Position numbers and translations under genes: made by a program. DNA of 20,795 nt, from NCBI GenBank assembly GCA_048939625.1, contig JBHLPH010000026.1, positions 1-20,795 on the forward strand, written 5' to 3'. Numbering within the stretch: position 1 is the first letter of the stretch; each line of letters begins with the position of its first letter. The notes below the pieces were generated by a model. That model ran no database searches and was not told the origin of the DNA. It worked only from the letters and a program-made list of their open reading frames with translations. Below are positions 8,355 through 17,174 of this stretch, in pieces. Source of the stretch: Promethearchaeota archaeon (GTDB lineage Archaea; Asgardarchaeota; Hermodarchaeia; Hermodarchaeales; Hermodarchaeaceae).

Positions 8355-9731
8355 CTACTCTTTTAGTTCTTGAATGGCCTTTTTCACTATTTTCAGTCCT
8401 TGGGTAGCTAATGCTTGAGCTCGGGTTTTAGTGTTAGCCTCTGCGAAAACCCGGAATAGTGATTCGGTTCCGGAGGGGCGGAGAAGAACCCAACCATCTG
8501 AATAACGCAGTTTCACTCCATCGATGGCATTTACCTGGGCATTAGCGGGTATTGCATTTCGAACTTGAGAAAGTAGAAGATCCTTTTGCTGATTGGAACA
8601 TGGTATTTCATCCTTTACTTGGAAATAAGCAGGAAATTTGCGGTCGATTTCCTCCAGTGATTTGTTCTCCGTCGCGAGGAGTTCAAGAATCTTAAGGGCG
8701 GTTAGCATTCCCTCCCGGGTCCATGACCAGCCTCGATAGACCACTCCCCCGTTTTCCTCGCCTCCAATCACTGCATTAGCCTTCTTCATTTCAGATACAA
8801 TATATGGCTCGCCCACTTTGGTTTCAATCACTTCAGCATCCATTTCGTCTGCAACATCGTAGATTACATCACTGGTCGCAACTTGTGTGACAACACGTTT
8901 AGGTTTTTCTTGAAGATCTCGAAGGGTTTGATATACTGCCAGCGCAAACCCTCTGTCACCAGGTAAATACCGACCCTGATCCGTGACGAAAATGATGCGG
9001 TCCGCGTCCCCATCCCATGCCATTCCCAGGTCCAGGTTGTTTTCCTTTACACATGTAATTAGCCTGGTGAGGTTACTCTCCTTTGGTTCGGGTAATCGGT
9101 TTTTGAATAATCCATCCGGTTCACAAAACAGTAATTCGTTTTCTGTCCCAACGGCGTTCAGAATGACCGGCGTTACCATGGCGGCAGCACCCCCGCCACA
9201 ATCGGCGGCTATTCGAAATTCTTGTTGAGAGATTGCCTTCGAATCAATTTGCTCTAGTAAGTTCTCAATATATTGAAGTCGAAAATCATCAGCAGGTTCA
9301 AGTCGTCCACAGTGTTGCCAGGTTGTTATACTTTTCTTCCCTGCTAGGTATTGGCTTTCGATTTCTAGTTCCATGTTTGATGTAAACGAAGCGCCATCGG
9401 AATCCCATAATTTGATGCCATTATATTCGGGGGGGTTATGACTTGCAGTAATCATGACACCACCGTTCAGTTCAAGCTGAGGAATAGCATAGGATAACAG
9501 GGGTGTTGGAACCAAGCCAAATAGGTAGACGTTGCAGCCACCTGCCATCAAGCCTGTACTAAATGCAAATCCTAGCATTTCGCTAGACTGCCGGGTATCC
9601 CATCCCAAACCGATGGTGTTTGGGGTTCCCAGATATCCTGCAAGAGTGAGTCCGATATCATGTGCCATAGCTGAGGTCAAGTCCAGATTGACTTTTCCAC
9701 GAAATCCTTGGGTGCCAAATAATCGAGTCAA
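8355..9731 (-). CDS. Alpha-D-phosphohexomutase, paralog 1 (PMM/PGM-like)
   Basis: LFGTQGFRG; TASHNPPEYNG (phosphoserine); DGDADR (metal); GGEENGG (sugar loop); LRPSGTE. TTG start. Confidence 0.95.
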   Translation of the reverse strand: MTRLFGTQGFRGKVNLDLTSAMAHDIGLTLAGYLGTPNTIGLGWDTRQSSEMLGFAFSTGLMAGGCNVYLFGLVPTPLLSYAIPQLELNGGVMITASHNPPEYNGIKLWDSDGASFTSNMELEIESQYLAGKKSITTWQHCGRLEPADDFRLQYIENLLEQIDSKAISQQEFRIAADCGGGAAAMVTPVILNAVGTENELLFCEPDGLFKNRLPEPKESNLTRLITCVKENNLDLGMAWDGDADRIIFVTDQGRYLPGDRGFALAVYQTLRDLQEKPKRVVTQVATSDVIYDVADEMDAEVIETKVGEPYIVSEMKKANAVIGGEENGGVVYRGWSWTREGMLTALKILELLATENKSLEEIDRKFPAYFQVKDEIPCSNQQKDLLLSQVRNAIPANAQVNAIDGVKLRYSDGWVLLRPSGTESLFRVFAEANTKTRAQALATQGLKIVKKAIQELKE

Positions 9732-9810
9732 TAGCAGGTCCTCTTGTACACCTCAAAACTACTTGTACGCGTATTAATGTGTAGGCTATACAACGCTAGG
9801 CTTGATGCCC

Positions 9811-10521
9811 TTAGAACATATTGGTAGGAACGTTTTGCCGAGACACTAAGGATCGTGTTTCTTCGATGTGGGTTCCAATTTCTCGACGAATCGTCTCGAT
9901 TCGTTCAGATTCAAGATACGGTTCCATCGTCCAAAGTAGAAGATTCGTGTAGAGCTCCTTCGGGTCCAAGAGTTCCTCAATGTTTCGGATGGTCTTCATT
10001 CGGAAGAGATATTCATCCTCATACATGCAGACAATGACTCGGAGTTTTCCACATAAGGCATCAACATTTTCAACTAGTTGACGGACTCGGGGCTCATCAT
10101 TTCCTTCTTCTCTTAAGAGGCTGGCTCCTCGCCGTTGGAGCTCAGAGACGCGCTTTTCCATTAGGCGCATTTTCCGGATCGAGCTTTCAAAATCGGATGC
10201 TAAGGCTAAAACCTTGGGAAGGACTTTATCGAGTAGCCCCATGTTCTTAGTTATAGCTCGATCAACAATTCCATCAAAAGAATTCAGTTTTCCAAGATCC
10301 TCGATGTTGCGAAGATAATTGATTTTGGATAGGGCGCCAAGGATTACTCGAATGGGGCGGAGTGAACTTCGATGGGCTGATTCCCATCGGTTCATTGCAT
10401 CGTCTAAACCTCCGGTTACCTCGCGCATGGATCGTCCAAACTCTCGTATGATTGCAGCAAGATTGTCTTCATCCATTGACGGAGAACTCCCAAGGGAATC
10501 CGCAGACTTAACGACCCGCAT
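9811..10521 (-). CDS. All-helical protein, candidate homolog of eukaryotic C1orf109/AIRIM and CINP
   Basis: 236-aa open frame with heptad-like helices that fills the gap between the mutase genes (alternative ATG 10476). Motifs MNRWESA...LGKLNSFDGIVD...K-M--L and MYEDEYLFRMKTI...DP...LLLWTMEPYLES resemble C1orf109-family and CINP sequences as I recall them. The CDS is secure; the family call is unverified. Confidence 0.6.
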   Translation of the reverse strand: MRVVKSADSLGSSPSMDEDNLAAIIREFGRSMREVTGGLDDAMNRWESAHRSSLRPIRVILGALSKINYLRNIEDLGKLNSFDGIVDRAITKNMGLLDKVLPKVLALASDFESSIRKMRLMEKRVSELQRRGASLLREEGNDEPRVRQLVENVDALCGKLRVIVCMYEDEYLFRMKTIRNIEELLDPKELYTNLLLWTMEPYLESERIETIRREIGTHIEETRSLVSRQNVPTNMF

Positions 10522-10585
10522 CCTAATCTCAATAAGTAGTCTGCGAATTTAACTTCTTTGCTTTGTGCATTGCAGAAAAAACCAG

Positions 10586-10610
10586 CCTATAAAAAGGGGT
10601 ATAAAAGGTT
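10586..10610. promoter_or_regulatory. Paired TATA elements in the divergent intergenic region
   Basis: CCTATAAAAAGGGGTATAAAAGG contains two TATAAAA copies 12 nt apart (TTTTATA on the minus strand) between the divergent starts at 10521 and 10653. Confidence 0.55.
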
Positions 10611-10652
10611 TGACTAATGATTTATGGGCAACCAATTCCCAGAGGCATCAAT

Positions 10653-12032
10653 ATGGCGTGGAGTCCGCATTTTGGTACGAGTGGTATTCGTGGATGTGTG
10701 CCAGAAGAACTCAATGCTGAGATTGCCTGGCAAATCGGATATAGTGTTGCTACTGTGTTCAACCAACAACCAATCCTAGTCTGCCATGACAACCGAACCA
10801 GTAGTCCCCTCCTCGCCAAGGCCATATGTAGTGGATTAATGGCTGGCGGATCTGACGCCTATTATGGAGGTGAAGTAATCACTCCCGCTGTAAGCCTGTA
10901 TACCCGTAATTGTGATTTAGCTGGGGCAATACTAGTCACTGGCAGCCATATTCCGGCAAACATGTCAGGAATTGAAGTTCTTGGAACCGATGGGGCTCCT
11001 GTTCCTTTAGAGCTTGAGGAAAAAATCGAAAAGATCAACATGGCTAAAGTTGTCCCGATCCCTTGGCAGTTTCATGGGCAAATCCGCTATATCACCGACG
11101 TGGGCTCCTTCTGGGTTAGAAAAGTTCTAGAACAAGTAGATAGAAACCTGATTCAGCAGCGGAAGTTCCGGGTCGTTGTTGATGCAGCTAATGGCACCGC
11201 AATTCCTTGGTTACTTGATATGTTGAAACAACTCCAATGTGAAGTTATTGGGGTGAACATCGAACGCGATTCAAAGTTTCCGGGTCGTTCACCAAATCTT
11301 CGAGTCAAATTGCTCGATGAAGCAGCCCAATTAGTAAAAGAGAAGAATGCCGATTTTGGCGTCGCTACTGATGGGGATGCTGATCGGGCGTTTTTCATTG
11401 ATGATAAAGGTCGCGCCTTAATGGGTGATGTATCTGGGACACTCCTAGCCCAAATCGAACTAATTCGTGAAGGGGGTGGAACCATTGTGACGCCCATCAA
11501 CTCGAGTAATCTTGTTGAAGATATTGTTGGACAATTTAAAGCACGAGTCGTATACAGCCGAGTTGGACCGCCTGCGATGGTTGCTGCAGCCAAGAAGTAC
11601 AATGCCCTTTTCACGTTTGAGGAATCGGGGAAAATCATCTATCCTCGGATCAACTATCTTTCGGATAGTGGACTTGGTGCTGTGCATCTATTGGAGTATC
11701 TCGCAAAAACCCAGAAACCGTTAAGTGCCATTATCGACAAATTCCCCAAGTACACGCAACTAAAACGAGCAATTAGCTGCCCGAACAAACTCAAAGAGCA
11801 GGTCACTGCGCATGCTTTAAGCATGGTGAAACAGCATTTCCCTAAAGCGAAGGTAATCACCAAAGATGGAGTTAAGGTGGTCTTCGATGATGGATGGCTT
11901 CTTCTCCGCCCCTCCGGGACCGAACCAGTGTTTCGCTGTTTTTCTGAAGCCTTAGATAATAATCGTGCTCAAGAGCTCCTCGAGTTAGGGCTAGCCTGGA
12001 TTGATGATATCCTAAAATCAAACCACACTTGA
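10653..12032 (+). CDS. Alpha-D-phosphohexomutase, paralog 2 (divergent active-site loop)
   Basis: FGTSGIRG; TGSHIPANMSG in place of TASHNP; DGDADR; FEESGK; LRPSGTEP. ATG 10653 after GAGG is preferred to the track start 10617. Confidence 0.92.
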   Translation: MAWSPHFGTSGIRGCVPEELNAEIAWQIGYSVATVFNQQPILVCHDNRTSSPLLAKAICSGLMAGGSDAYYGGEVITPAVSLYTRNCDLAGAILVTGSHIPANMSGIEVLGTDGAPVPLELEEKIEKINMAKVVPIPWQFHGQIRYITDVGSFWVRKVLEQVDRNLIQQRKFRVVVDAANGTAIPWLLDMLKQLQCEVIGVNIERDSKFPGRSPNLRVKLLDEAAQLVKEKNADFGVATDGDADRAFFIDDKGRALMGDVSGTLLAQIELIREGGGTIVTPINSSNLVEDIVGQFKARVVYSRVGPPAMVAAAKKYNALFTFEESGKIIYPRINYLSDSGLGAVHLLEYLAKTQKPLSAIIDKFPKYTQLKRAISCPNKLKEQVTAHALSMVKQHFPKAKVITKDGVKVVFDDGWLLLRPSGTEPVFRCFSEALDNNRAQELLELGLAWIDDILKSNHT

Positions 12033-12049
12033 AAAAGGTGTATTCACTC

Positions 12050-13453
12050 ATGACTTCGTCAGATTCGTTGTTTGGAAGTTCTGGTATCCGAGGAAAAGTT
12101 AGTGATCTAATCACGGGACCTTTAGCGATACGGATTGGTGTAGCTACAGCCTACTTCCTCCGTAGTCAATTTTCCTCTCCTCAAATTATGGTCGGGCACG
12201 ATCATCGCGTTACCAGTCCAATGCTCACGGCAGCTCTCATGGGAGGTCTCCTACAAGGTGGAGTTCCAGTTACTCAAACAGAAATGGCTCCAACGCCTTC
12301 GATTGCCTTGGCTGCAGGTAAAAAGCAAATGCAAGCTTCAGTTATTGTCACCGCTAGCCATAATCCTCCCGAATACAATGGATTCAAATTCCATAATCCT
12401 GATGGAGCTGGATTTTCAGTGACACAACAGGAGCAACTCGAAGCTGCCATCTCGTCTGCAAAACCAGTCAACTGGGAGCAATTTGCAGATTTTCAAACCT
12501 GTTCAGCGATACCGATTCACTTAGATGCTATTTACAAAGCAACTGAGGTTTCAGCATCCCACAGTGTGGTCTTAGACGCCGCCTTAGGTGTAGGTGGATT
12601 AGTCACGCCAACTGCATTACAACAGCTTTCTGCACATGTCAAACCGCTCAATGTGCCTCCTGACGGAAGGGAGTATGCACAACATTGTAGGCCATCAAAA
12701 ATCCAAAGCGCTGCCGCTGCAGAATGGCAACATTTCGTCTGTCTAGATGATCTCAGCGATATAGTAACGTCTACAAAAGCTGAAGTAGGTTTAGCGCATG
12801 ATGGGGATGCAGATCGAGTGTTAGCCGTCGATGATAAAGGTCGTGTCCTAGCCGGTGACACGTTACTCGCTCTAGTCGCAGATTATTATCTTGCTACCCG
12901 AAAAGGTAAGGTCATCGCCACCACCGTTTCGAGTTCCAGTGTGGTCGATCATGTGGCTAACCAGCATGGTGCACGCGTCGAACGCTGTCGAGTTGGAGAT
13001 GTTTATGTTTCCAACTTGGTGAAGGAACATCAAGCGATCCTCGGAGCCGAACCATCGGGGCCGTTCATTTTTCCAGAAGTTCATCTTTGTCCTGATGGTC
13101 CCCTTGCTGCTTGTAAAGTCCTTGAACTTATTGACTGGGCCAAGCGACCATTAAGCCAGCTGGTGGATGAACTACCTCTCACCCATTTACTCCGCGCTTC
13201 GGTGGCCTGCAATAACGAAAGTAAGAATCAGGTCATGACTGCCATTGGATCGACACTTGAAAAGTGGAAAGATGTTGCCGATGTAAACCGTATGGATGGA
13301 GTGCGTGTCAGTTTCGCTGATTCAAGCTGGGTACTGATTCGCCCCTCTGGGACTGAGCCCGTCATACGCGTTACAGTAGAAGCCTTCACAGCTCAACGAG
13401 CAAAGACCCTTCTCAAGGATGCCAAGACGGCACTAAAACGACACACTAACTAG
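12050..13453 (+). CDS. glmM: Alpha-D-phosphohexomutase, paralog 3 (probable phosphoglucosamine mutase)
   Basis: LFGSSGIRG; TASHNPPEYNGFK; DGDADR; GAEPSG; IRPSGTEP; abuts glmU. ATG 12050 after AGGTG is preferred to track TTG 12029. Substrate assignment is inferred. Confidence 0.8.
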   Translation: MTSSDSLFGSSGIRGKVSDLITGPLAIRIGVATAYFLRSQFSSPQIMVGHDHRVTSPMLTAALMGGLLQGGVPVTQTEMAPTPSIALAAGKKQMQASVIVTASHNPPEYNGFKFHNPDGAGFSVTQQEQLEAAISSAKPVNWEQFADFQTCSAIPIHLDAIYKATEVSASHSVVLDAALGVGGLVTPTALQQLSAHVKPLNVPPDGREYAQHCRPSKIQSAAAAEWQHFVCLDDLSDIVTSTKAEVGLAHDGDADRVLAVDDKGRVLAGDTLLALVADYYLATRKGKVIATTVSSSSVVDHVANQHGARVERCRVGDVYVSNLVKEHQAILGAEPSGPFIFPEVHLCPDGPLAACKVLELIDWAKRPLSQLVDELPLTHLLRASVACNNESKNQVMTAIGSTLEKWKDVADVNRMDGVRVSFADSSWVLIRPSGTEPVIRVTVEAFTAQRAKTLLKDAKTALKRHTN

Positions 13454-14732
13454 TGGGGCGTCGCCTTTCTTCTTCTTCCAAAGTTTGCTTCAACTTCAGA
13501 TGAGTATTATCAGCTACATCCTTTTGCACTACAATGGCTGGATCAATCCACGAATTATAGCCGATAGTTCGACCAGGCAAGACAACCGTTCCACAACCAA
13601 TTTTCGTCGCGTCCCCAACAACTGCGCCAAATTTGTCTGTATGCGTTGACACGAGTTGACCACGAAGCATGACATGCACCTCCGCTCCGTCAAATCGATA
13701 ATTCGATAACACGACACTAGCCCCAATCTCGACATCAAACCCAAGGATACTATCGCCTACAAACGCTAGATGACCTATGCGGCTTTTCGGCATCATCACA
13801 GTGTTGCGGAGCTCACAGGAAAAGCCAATTCGTGTACTCTGTTCTAAAACAACATGATCTCTAATGAGACAATTATTCCCGACAGTGGCATCCGGTCCAA
13901 CATAAACTGGACCTACCAGAGAGGCACCTGGAAAGATACGCGCTCGTGGTCCCACCCATACATCGCCAATGATATGAGCGGAATCGCTGACATTCGCCGA
14001 GTCATCCACACGCTGTTCCTGTTGGTTCCGCATTCGGTCAAATAGAATAGGCGTCGCTTCGAGAATATTCCAGGTGCGTCCTACATCCACCCACGGATCC
14101 CGTGAGTGGCTACCATAAACAGTGTGCCCCTCGTTGATGAGCTCTTGAATTCCTACTTCTAGGTCTTTGGTCTTTCGAACCATATCAAAAATCACATTAC
14201 TAAACACATAGACTCCTGCGACTGCGAGATTACTGGGTTCAGTTCCTTTCTTTGGTTTCTCAACAATCGTTGTGACTTCTGTTCCGTCTAACTTGACAAC
14301 CCCAAATTGCCACGGATTAGGTACCTCAAACAATGATAACGCCATATCACCGGTTTTTGCAGCTTTTAGGGTCTCTTTGAAGCGAGCAGTGGTTGTAATG
14401 ATGTCACAATCAGTCATGAAAAAACGGTCCTCGCCTTCGAACAAATCTTCAGCAGATAGAACCGCATCATACTCTCCTTTTGGTTCTGACTGTTCAGCGT
14501 AACTAATATGGATTCCAATGTGCTTCCCATCGCCAAAGTACTCCTCGATCTGCTCGCGATAATGTCCAACCACCAAAACAATGTCCTTCATTCCAGCATC
14601 CAGTACTGAATCGATGACATGGTGAAGCAGCGGTTTACCAGCCAGTGGGAGCATGGCCTTAGGTCGATATTGTGTCAACGGATGCAACCGTGTTCCATAT
14701 CCAGCTGCAAGAATGAGAGCTTTCACTTTCAT
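13446..14732 (-). CDS. glmU: Bifunctional sugar-1-phosphate nucleotidylyltransferase/acetyltransferase (archaeal GlmU-like)
   Basis: ILAAGYGTRLHPLTQYRPKAML; IVEKP; WVDVGRTWNILEA; hexapeptide beta-helix with HLAFVGDSILG and KFGAVVGD. ATG 14732 overlaps the cysS stop (ATGA). Confidence 0.88.
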   Translation of the reverse strand: MKVKALILAAGYGTRLHPLTQYRPKAMLPLAGKPLLHHVIDSVLDAGMKDIVLVVGHYREQIEEYFGDGKHIGIHISYAEQSEPKGEYDAVLSAEDLFEGEDRFFMTDCDIITTTARFKETLKAAKTGDMALSLFEVPNPWQFGVVKLDGTEVTTIVEKPKKGTEPSNLAVAGVYVFSNVIFDMVRKTKDLEVGIQELINEGHTVYGSHSRDPWVDVGRTWNILEATPILFDRMRNQQEQRVDDSANVSDSAHIIGDVWVGPRARIFPGASLVGPVYVGPDATVGNNCLIRDHVVLEQSTRIGFSCELRNTVMMPKSRIGHLAFVGDSILGFDVEIGASVVLSNYRFDGAEVHVMLRGQLVSTHTDKFGAVVGDATKIGCGTVVLPGRTIGYNSWIDPAIVVQKDVADNTHLKLKQTLEEEERRRPTS

Positions 14733-16174
14733 GTCCACTTCCAAACAGTACCTGTTTTTTCATCCTCAAGAATAATCCCAAGCGCTTTTAGTTGATCACG
14801 AATTTTATCCGCAGTCTTGAAGTCTTTTTGTTTTCTAGCCTCCTTGCGGAGCTGAATCAGTATCTTTACTAGACCATCAATTGCTTCAGAATCCGTGCCT
14901 TCTAGTTGGCTACGGGCGCGATAGAGACCAAAAACATCACCAATTGCATCTAGCGCTTCAAAGGTTTTGAGTAAGGTCCCAGCTGTCACGGATTCATTTC
15001 CAGAAAGGATGGAATTCATCTTCGTAAGGAACTTATTCAAACCTGCAAGGGCAATTGGAGTGTTGAAATCGTCATCCATAGCCTCTTCAAATTCACTCTG
15101 AAGTGAAGATACCGCATCCCACAGGGTTGCATCCGCAGTAGACGGTTTCACTGGTTTCTCAGCTTCTGCTAGACGTGCTTCCCGAAGGCGACGTGAGAGA
15201 ATATCAATTGCATTATGAATACGAGCCAACCGCGCTTTCGCCTCTTCTAAATGTGCATCACTGAAATCAATTGGACTTCGATATTGGGATGAAATTAGAA
15301 ATAACCGCACAACTTCTGGATCATATTTGGCTGTGATTTCCTTAATTGTAAAAAAGTTACCCAGCGATTTTGACATCTTCTCCTTGTTAACTGTTAGGAA
15401 ACCATTATGCATCCAATACCGAACAAAGGGTTGCCCTGTCAACGCCTCCGACTGGGCAATCTCGTTTTCATGATGCGGAAAAACAAGGTCGAGTCCACCA
15501 CCATGAATGTCGATCGGATATCCCAAGTATTTGGTTGACATTACTGAGCACTCAATGTGCCAGCCCGGTCGACCCTTCCCCCAGGGGGAATCCCAACTTG
15601 GTTCACCTGGCTTCATCGCCTTCCACAAAGCAAAATCTTCTGGCTGTTCTTTCTCTTCTGCAACACCCGCATCCTGGTCTTCTTCGTCTTTTTCACTTCG
15701 CTCCTGACGAGAGAGTTTTCCATATTCTTTGAACTTAGCCACTCGGAAATATACGCTACCATTTGTTTCGTAGGCAAATCCCTTCTCAACAAGTTTCGAA
15801 ATATGGGTAATCATATCCTCAATGTGTTCCGTGGCTTTGGGGTACGCTATTGCCCGTTTAACGTACAATTTGTCAAAATCCTCAAAATACTCCTGAATAT
15901 ATCGAGTAGCCAGTTTATTAGTCGTAGTCTGTTGTTCCTGCGCTCGTTGAATCATTTTATCATCGATATCAGTAAAGTTTTGAATGAACCGCATATCATA
16001 GCCCTTGTATTCGAGATACCGGCGAATCACATCAAACGCCACAATGGATCGGGCATGACCCAAATGACTACTGTCATAAACTGTGGGTCCACAGACATAC
16101 ATGCGAACCTCGCCTTCGTGTAAGGGGTTGAAGGGCTCCTTTTTCCGTGAAAGGGTGTTGTAAATCTCGAGCAT
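14729..16174 (-). CDS. cysS: Cysteinyl-tRNA synthetase
   Basis: MYVCGPTVYD..HLGH; DFALWK; GRPGWHIECS; DIHGGGLDLVFPHHENE; KMSKSLGN; ADKIRDQL. Confidence 0.99.
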   Translation of the reverse strand: MLEIYNTLSRKKEPFNPLHEGEVRMYVCGPTVYDSSHLGHARSIVAFDVIRRYLEYKGYDMRFIQNFTDIDDKMIQRAQEQQTTTNKLATRYIQEYFEDFDKLYVKRAIAYPKATEHIEDMITHISKLVEKGFAYETNGSVYFRVAKFKEYGKLSRQERSEKDEEDQDAGVAEEKEQPEDFALWKAMKPGEPSWDSPWGKGRPGWHIECSVMSTKYLGYPIDIHGGGLDLVFPHHENEIAQSEALTGQPFVRYWMHNGFLTVNKEKMSKSLGNFFTIKEITAKYDPEVVRLFLISSQYRSPIDFSDAHLEEAKARLARIHNAIDILSRRLREARLAEAEKPVKPSTADATLWDAVSSLQSEFEEAMDDDFNTPIALAGLNKFLTKMNSILSGNESVTAGTLLKTFEALDAIGDVFGLYRARSQLEGTDSEAIDGLVKILIQLRKEARKQKDFKTADKIRDQLKALGIILEDEKTGTVWKWT

Positions 16175-16205
16175 GACGTCTCCCGCCTGAACCAGCCGTT
16201 CACTC

Positions 16206-16222
16206 CGTATAAAAGTACTCTT
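16206..16222 (-). promoter_or_regulatory. Putative TATA box of cysS-glmU
   Basis: Minus strand AAGAGTACTTTTATACG, with TTTTATA about 35-40 nt upstream of ATG 16174. Confidence 0.55.
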
Positions 16223-17170
16223 TTACGATTTCCGTTTCTTAGCCCTAGCTACCTTCAGCACTATTTTTGCCAACTTCTTCTTCCGCGCCATCGAAGTCAT
16301 GAGAGTCTGCTCAACGACTACATCCATCCCCAACTCTTCAATGCGTGGTGCGAGAGCTTGGTCTTCTTTCTCGATTACTAATATATCAAGAAACTCCTGA
16401 TAAATCTCAGCGACTCCAACCGCCGAGCTCTCGATTCCCTTTCCCTGCATCAGTTTGTCCGCAGGACCCTTCACTGGTTTACCCCCAATTATCGGTGAGA
16501 CTCCAACACATGGAGCAGAGGTTTTCATAATCGCTTCCTTCACACCGGGCACGGCTAAGATTGGACCGATGCTTACAATCGGATTACTGGGGCAAACAAT
16601 GATGGTATCTGCTTCCTTGATTGCTTCTAGAACACCTGGGCTGGGCGTGGCTCCATCGATGCCATCGAAAATGACGTCTTCAACAGTATCTTGGGCCTTT
16701 CGTTTTACCAAATACTCTTCGAAGTGCACCAATCCAACGTCAGTCACTATTCGCGTGGGCACCCACTGCTCAGTCATCGGGATGAGGTGACAGTGAACAC
16801 CCAATGACTCGCTTATCATCTGTGTCGCCTGTGACAGCGTCCAGCCCTGCTGCAGCATCGCTGTGCGGGCCAAATGAGTTCCCAAATCTTGGTCTCCAAG
16901 GGCAAACCAGGTATCAAACCCTAACTGTTGCAGCACACCCAAAGCATGAAAGGTATCGCCTTTGATACCCCATCCCTTCTCTGGATCAACAATCCCTGCA
17001 AGTGTGTAAGTGACGATATCGATGTCAGGACTAATGTATAATCCCATGAAATTCGCCATATCATCGCCCGTATTAACAATGACGGTAAGCTGTTCAGGGG
17101 CAATCACTTGCACCAGGCCTTCCAAGAATCGAGCAGCACCCACACCGCCTGCTAGTGCAACAATCGGCAA
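16223..17170 (-). CDS. cofD: 2-phospho-L-lactate/PEP transferase (F420 biosynthesis)
   Basis: IVALAGGVGAARF; VNTGDD; ISPDIDIVTYTL; WFALGDQDLGTH; PSNPIVSIGPIL; VSPIIGGKPVKGPA. TTG 17170 follows AAGGAGG; the track start 17257 overlaps the upstream gene. Confidence 0.96.
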   Translation of the reverse strand: MPIVALAGGVGAARFLEGLVQVIAPEQLTVIVNTGDDMANFMGLYISPDIDIVTYTLAGIVDPEKGWGIKGDTFHALGVLQQLGFDTWFALGDQDLGTHLARTAMLQQGWTLSQATQMISESLGVHCHLIPMTEQWVPTRIVTDVGLVHFEEYLVKRKAQDTVEDVIFDGIDGATPSPGVLEAIKEADTIIVCPSNPIVSIGPILAVPGVKEAIMKTSAPCVGVSPIIGGKPVKGPADKLMQGKGIESSAVGVAEIYQEFLDILVIEKEDQALAPRIEELGMDVVVEQTLMTSMARKKKLAKIVLKVARAKKRKS

Positions 17171-17174
17171 TAAC

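Noticed and set aside
11153-11638. 161-aa minus-strand ORF, and similar short antisense ORFs over serS, trxB, the mutases, glmU and cofD
   Set aside because: Antisense shadows of well-conserved genes.
15557-16123. 188-aa plus-strand ORF
   Set aside because: Lies wholly antisense to cysS and has no recognisable motifs; shadow ORF.
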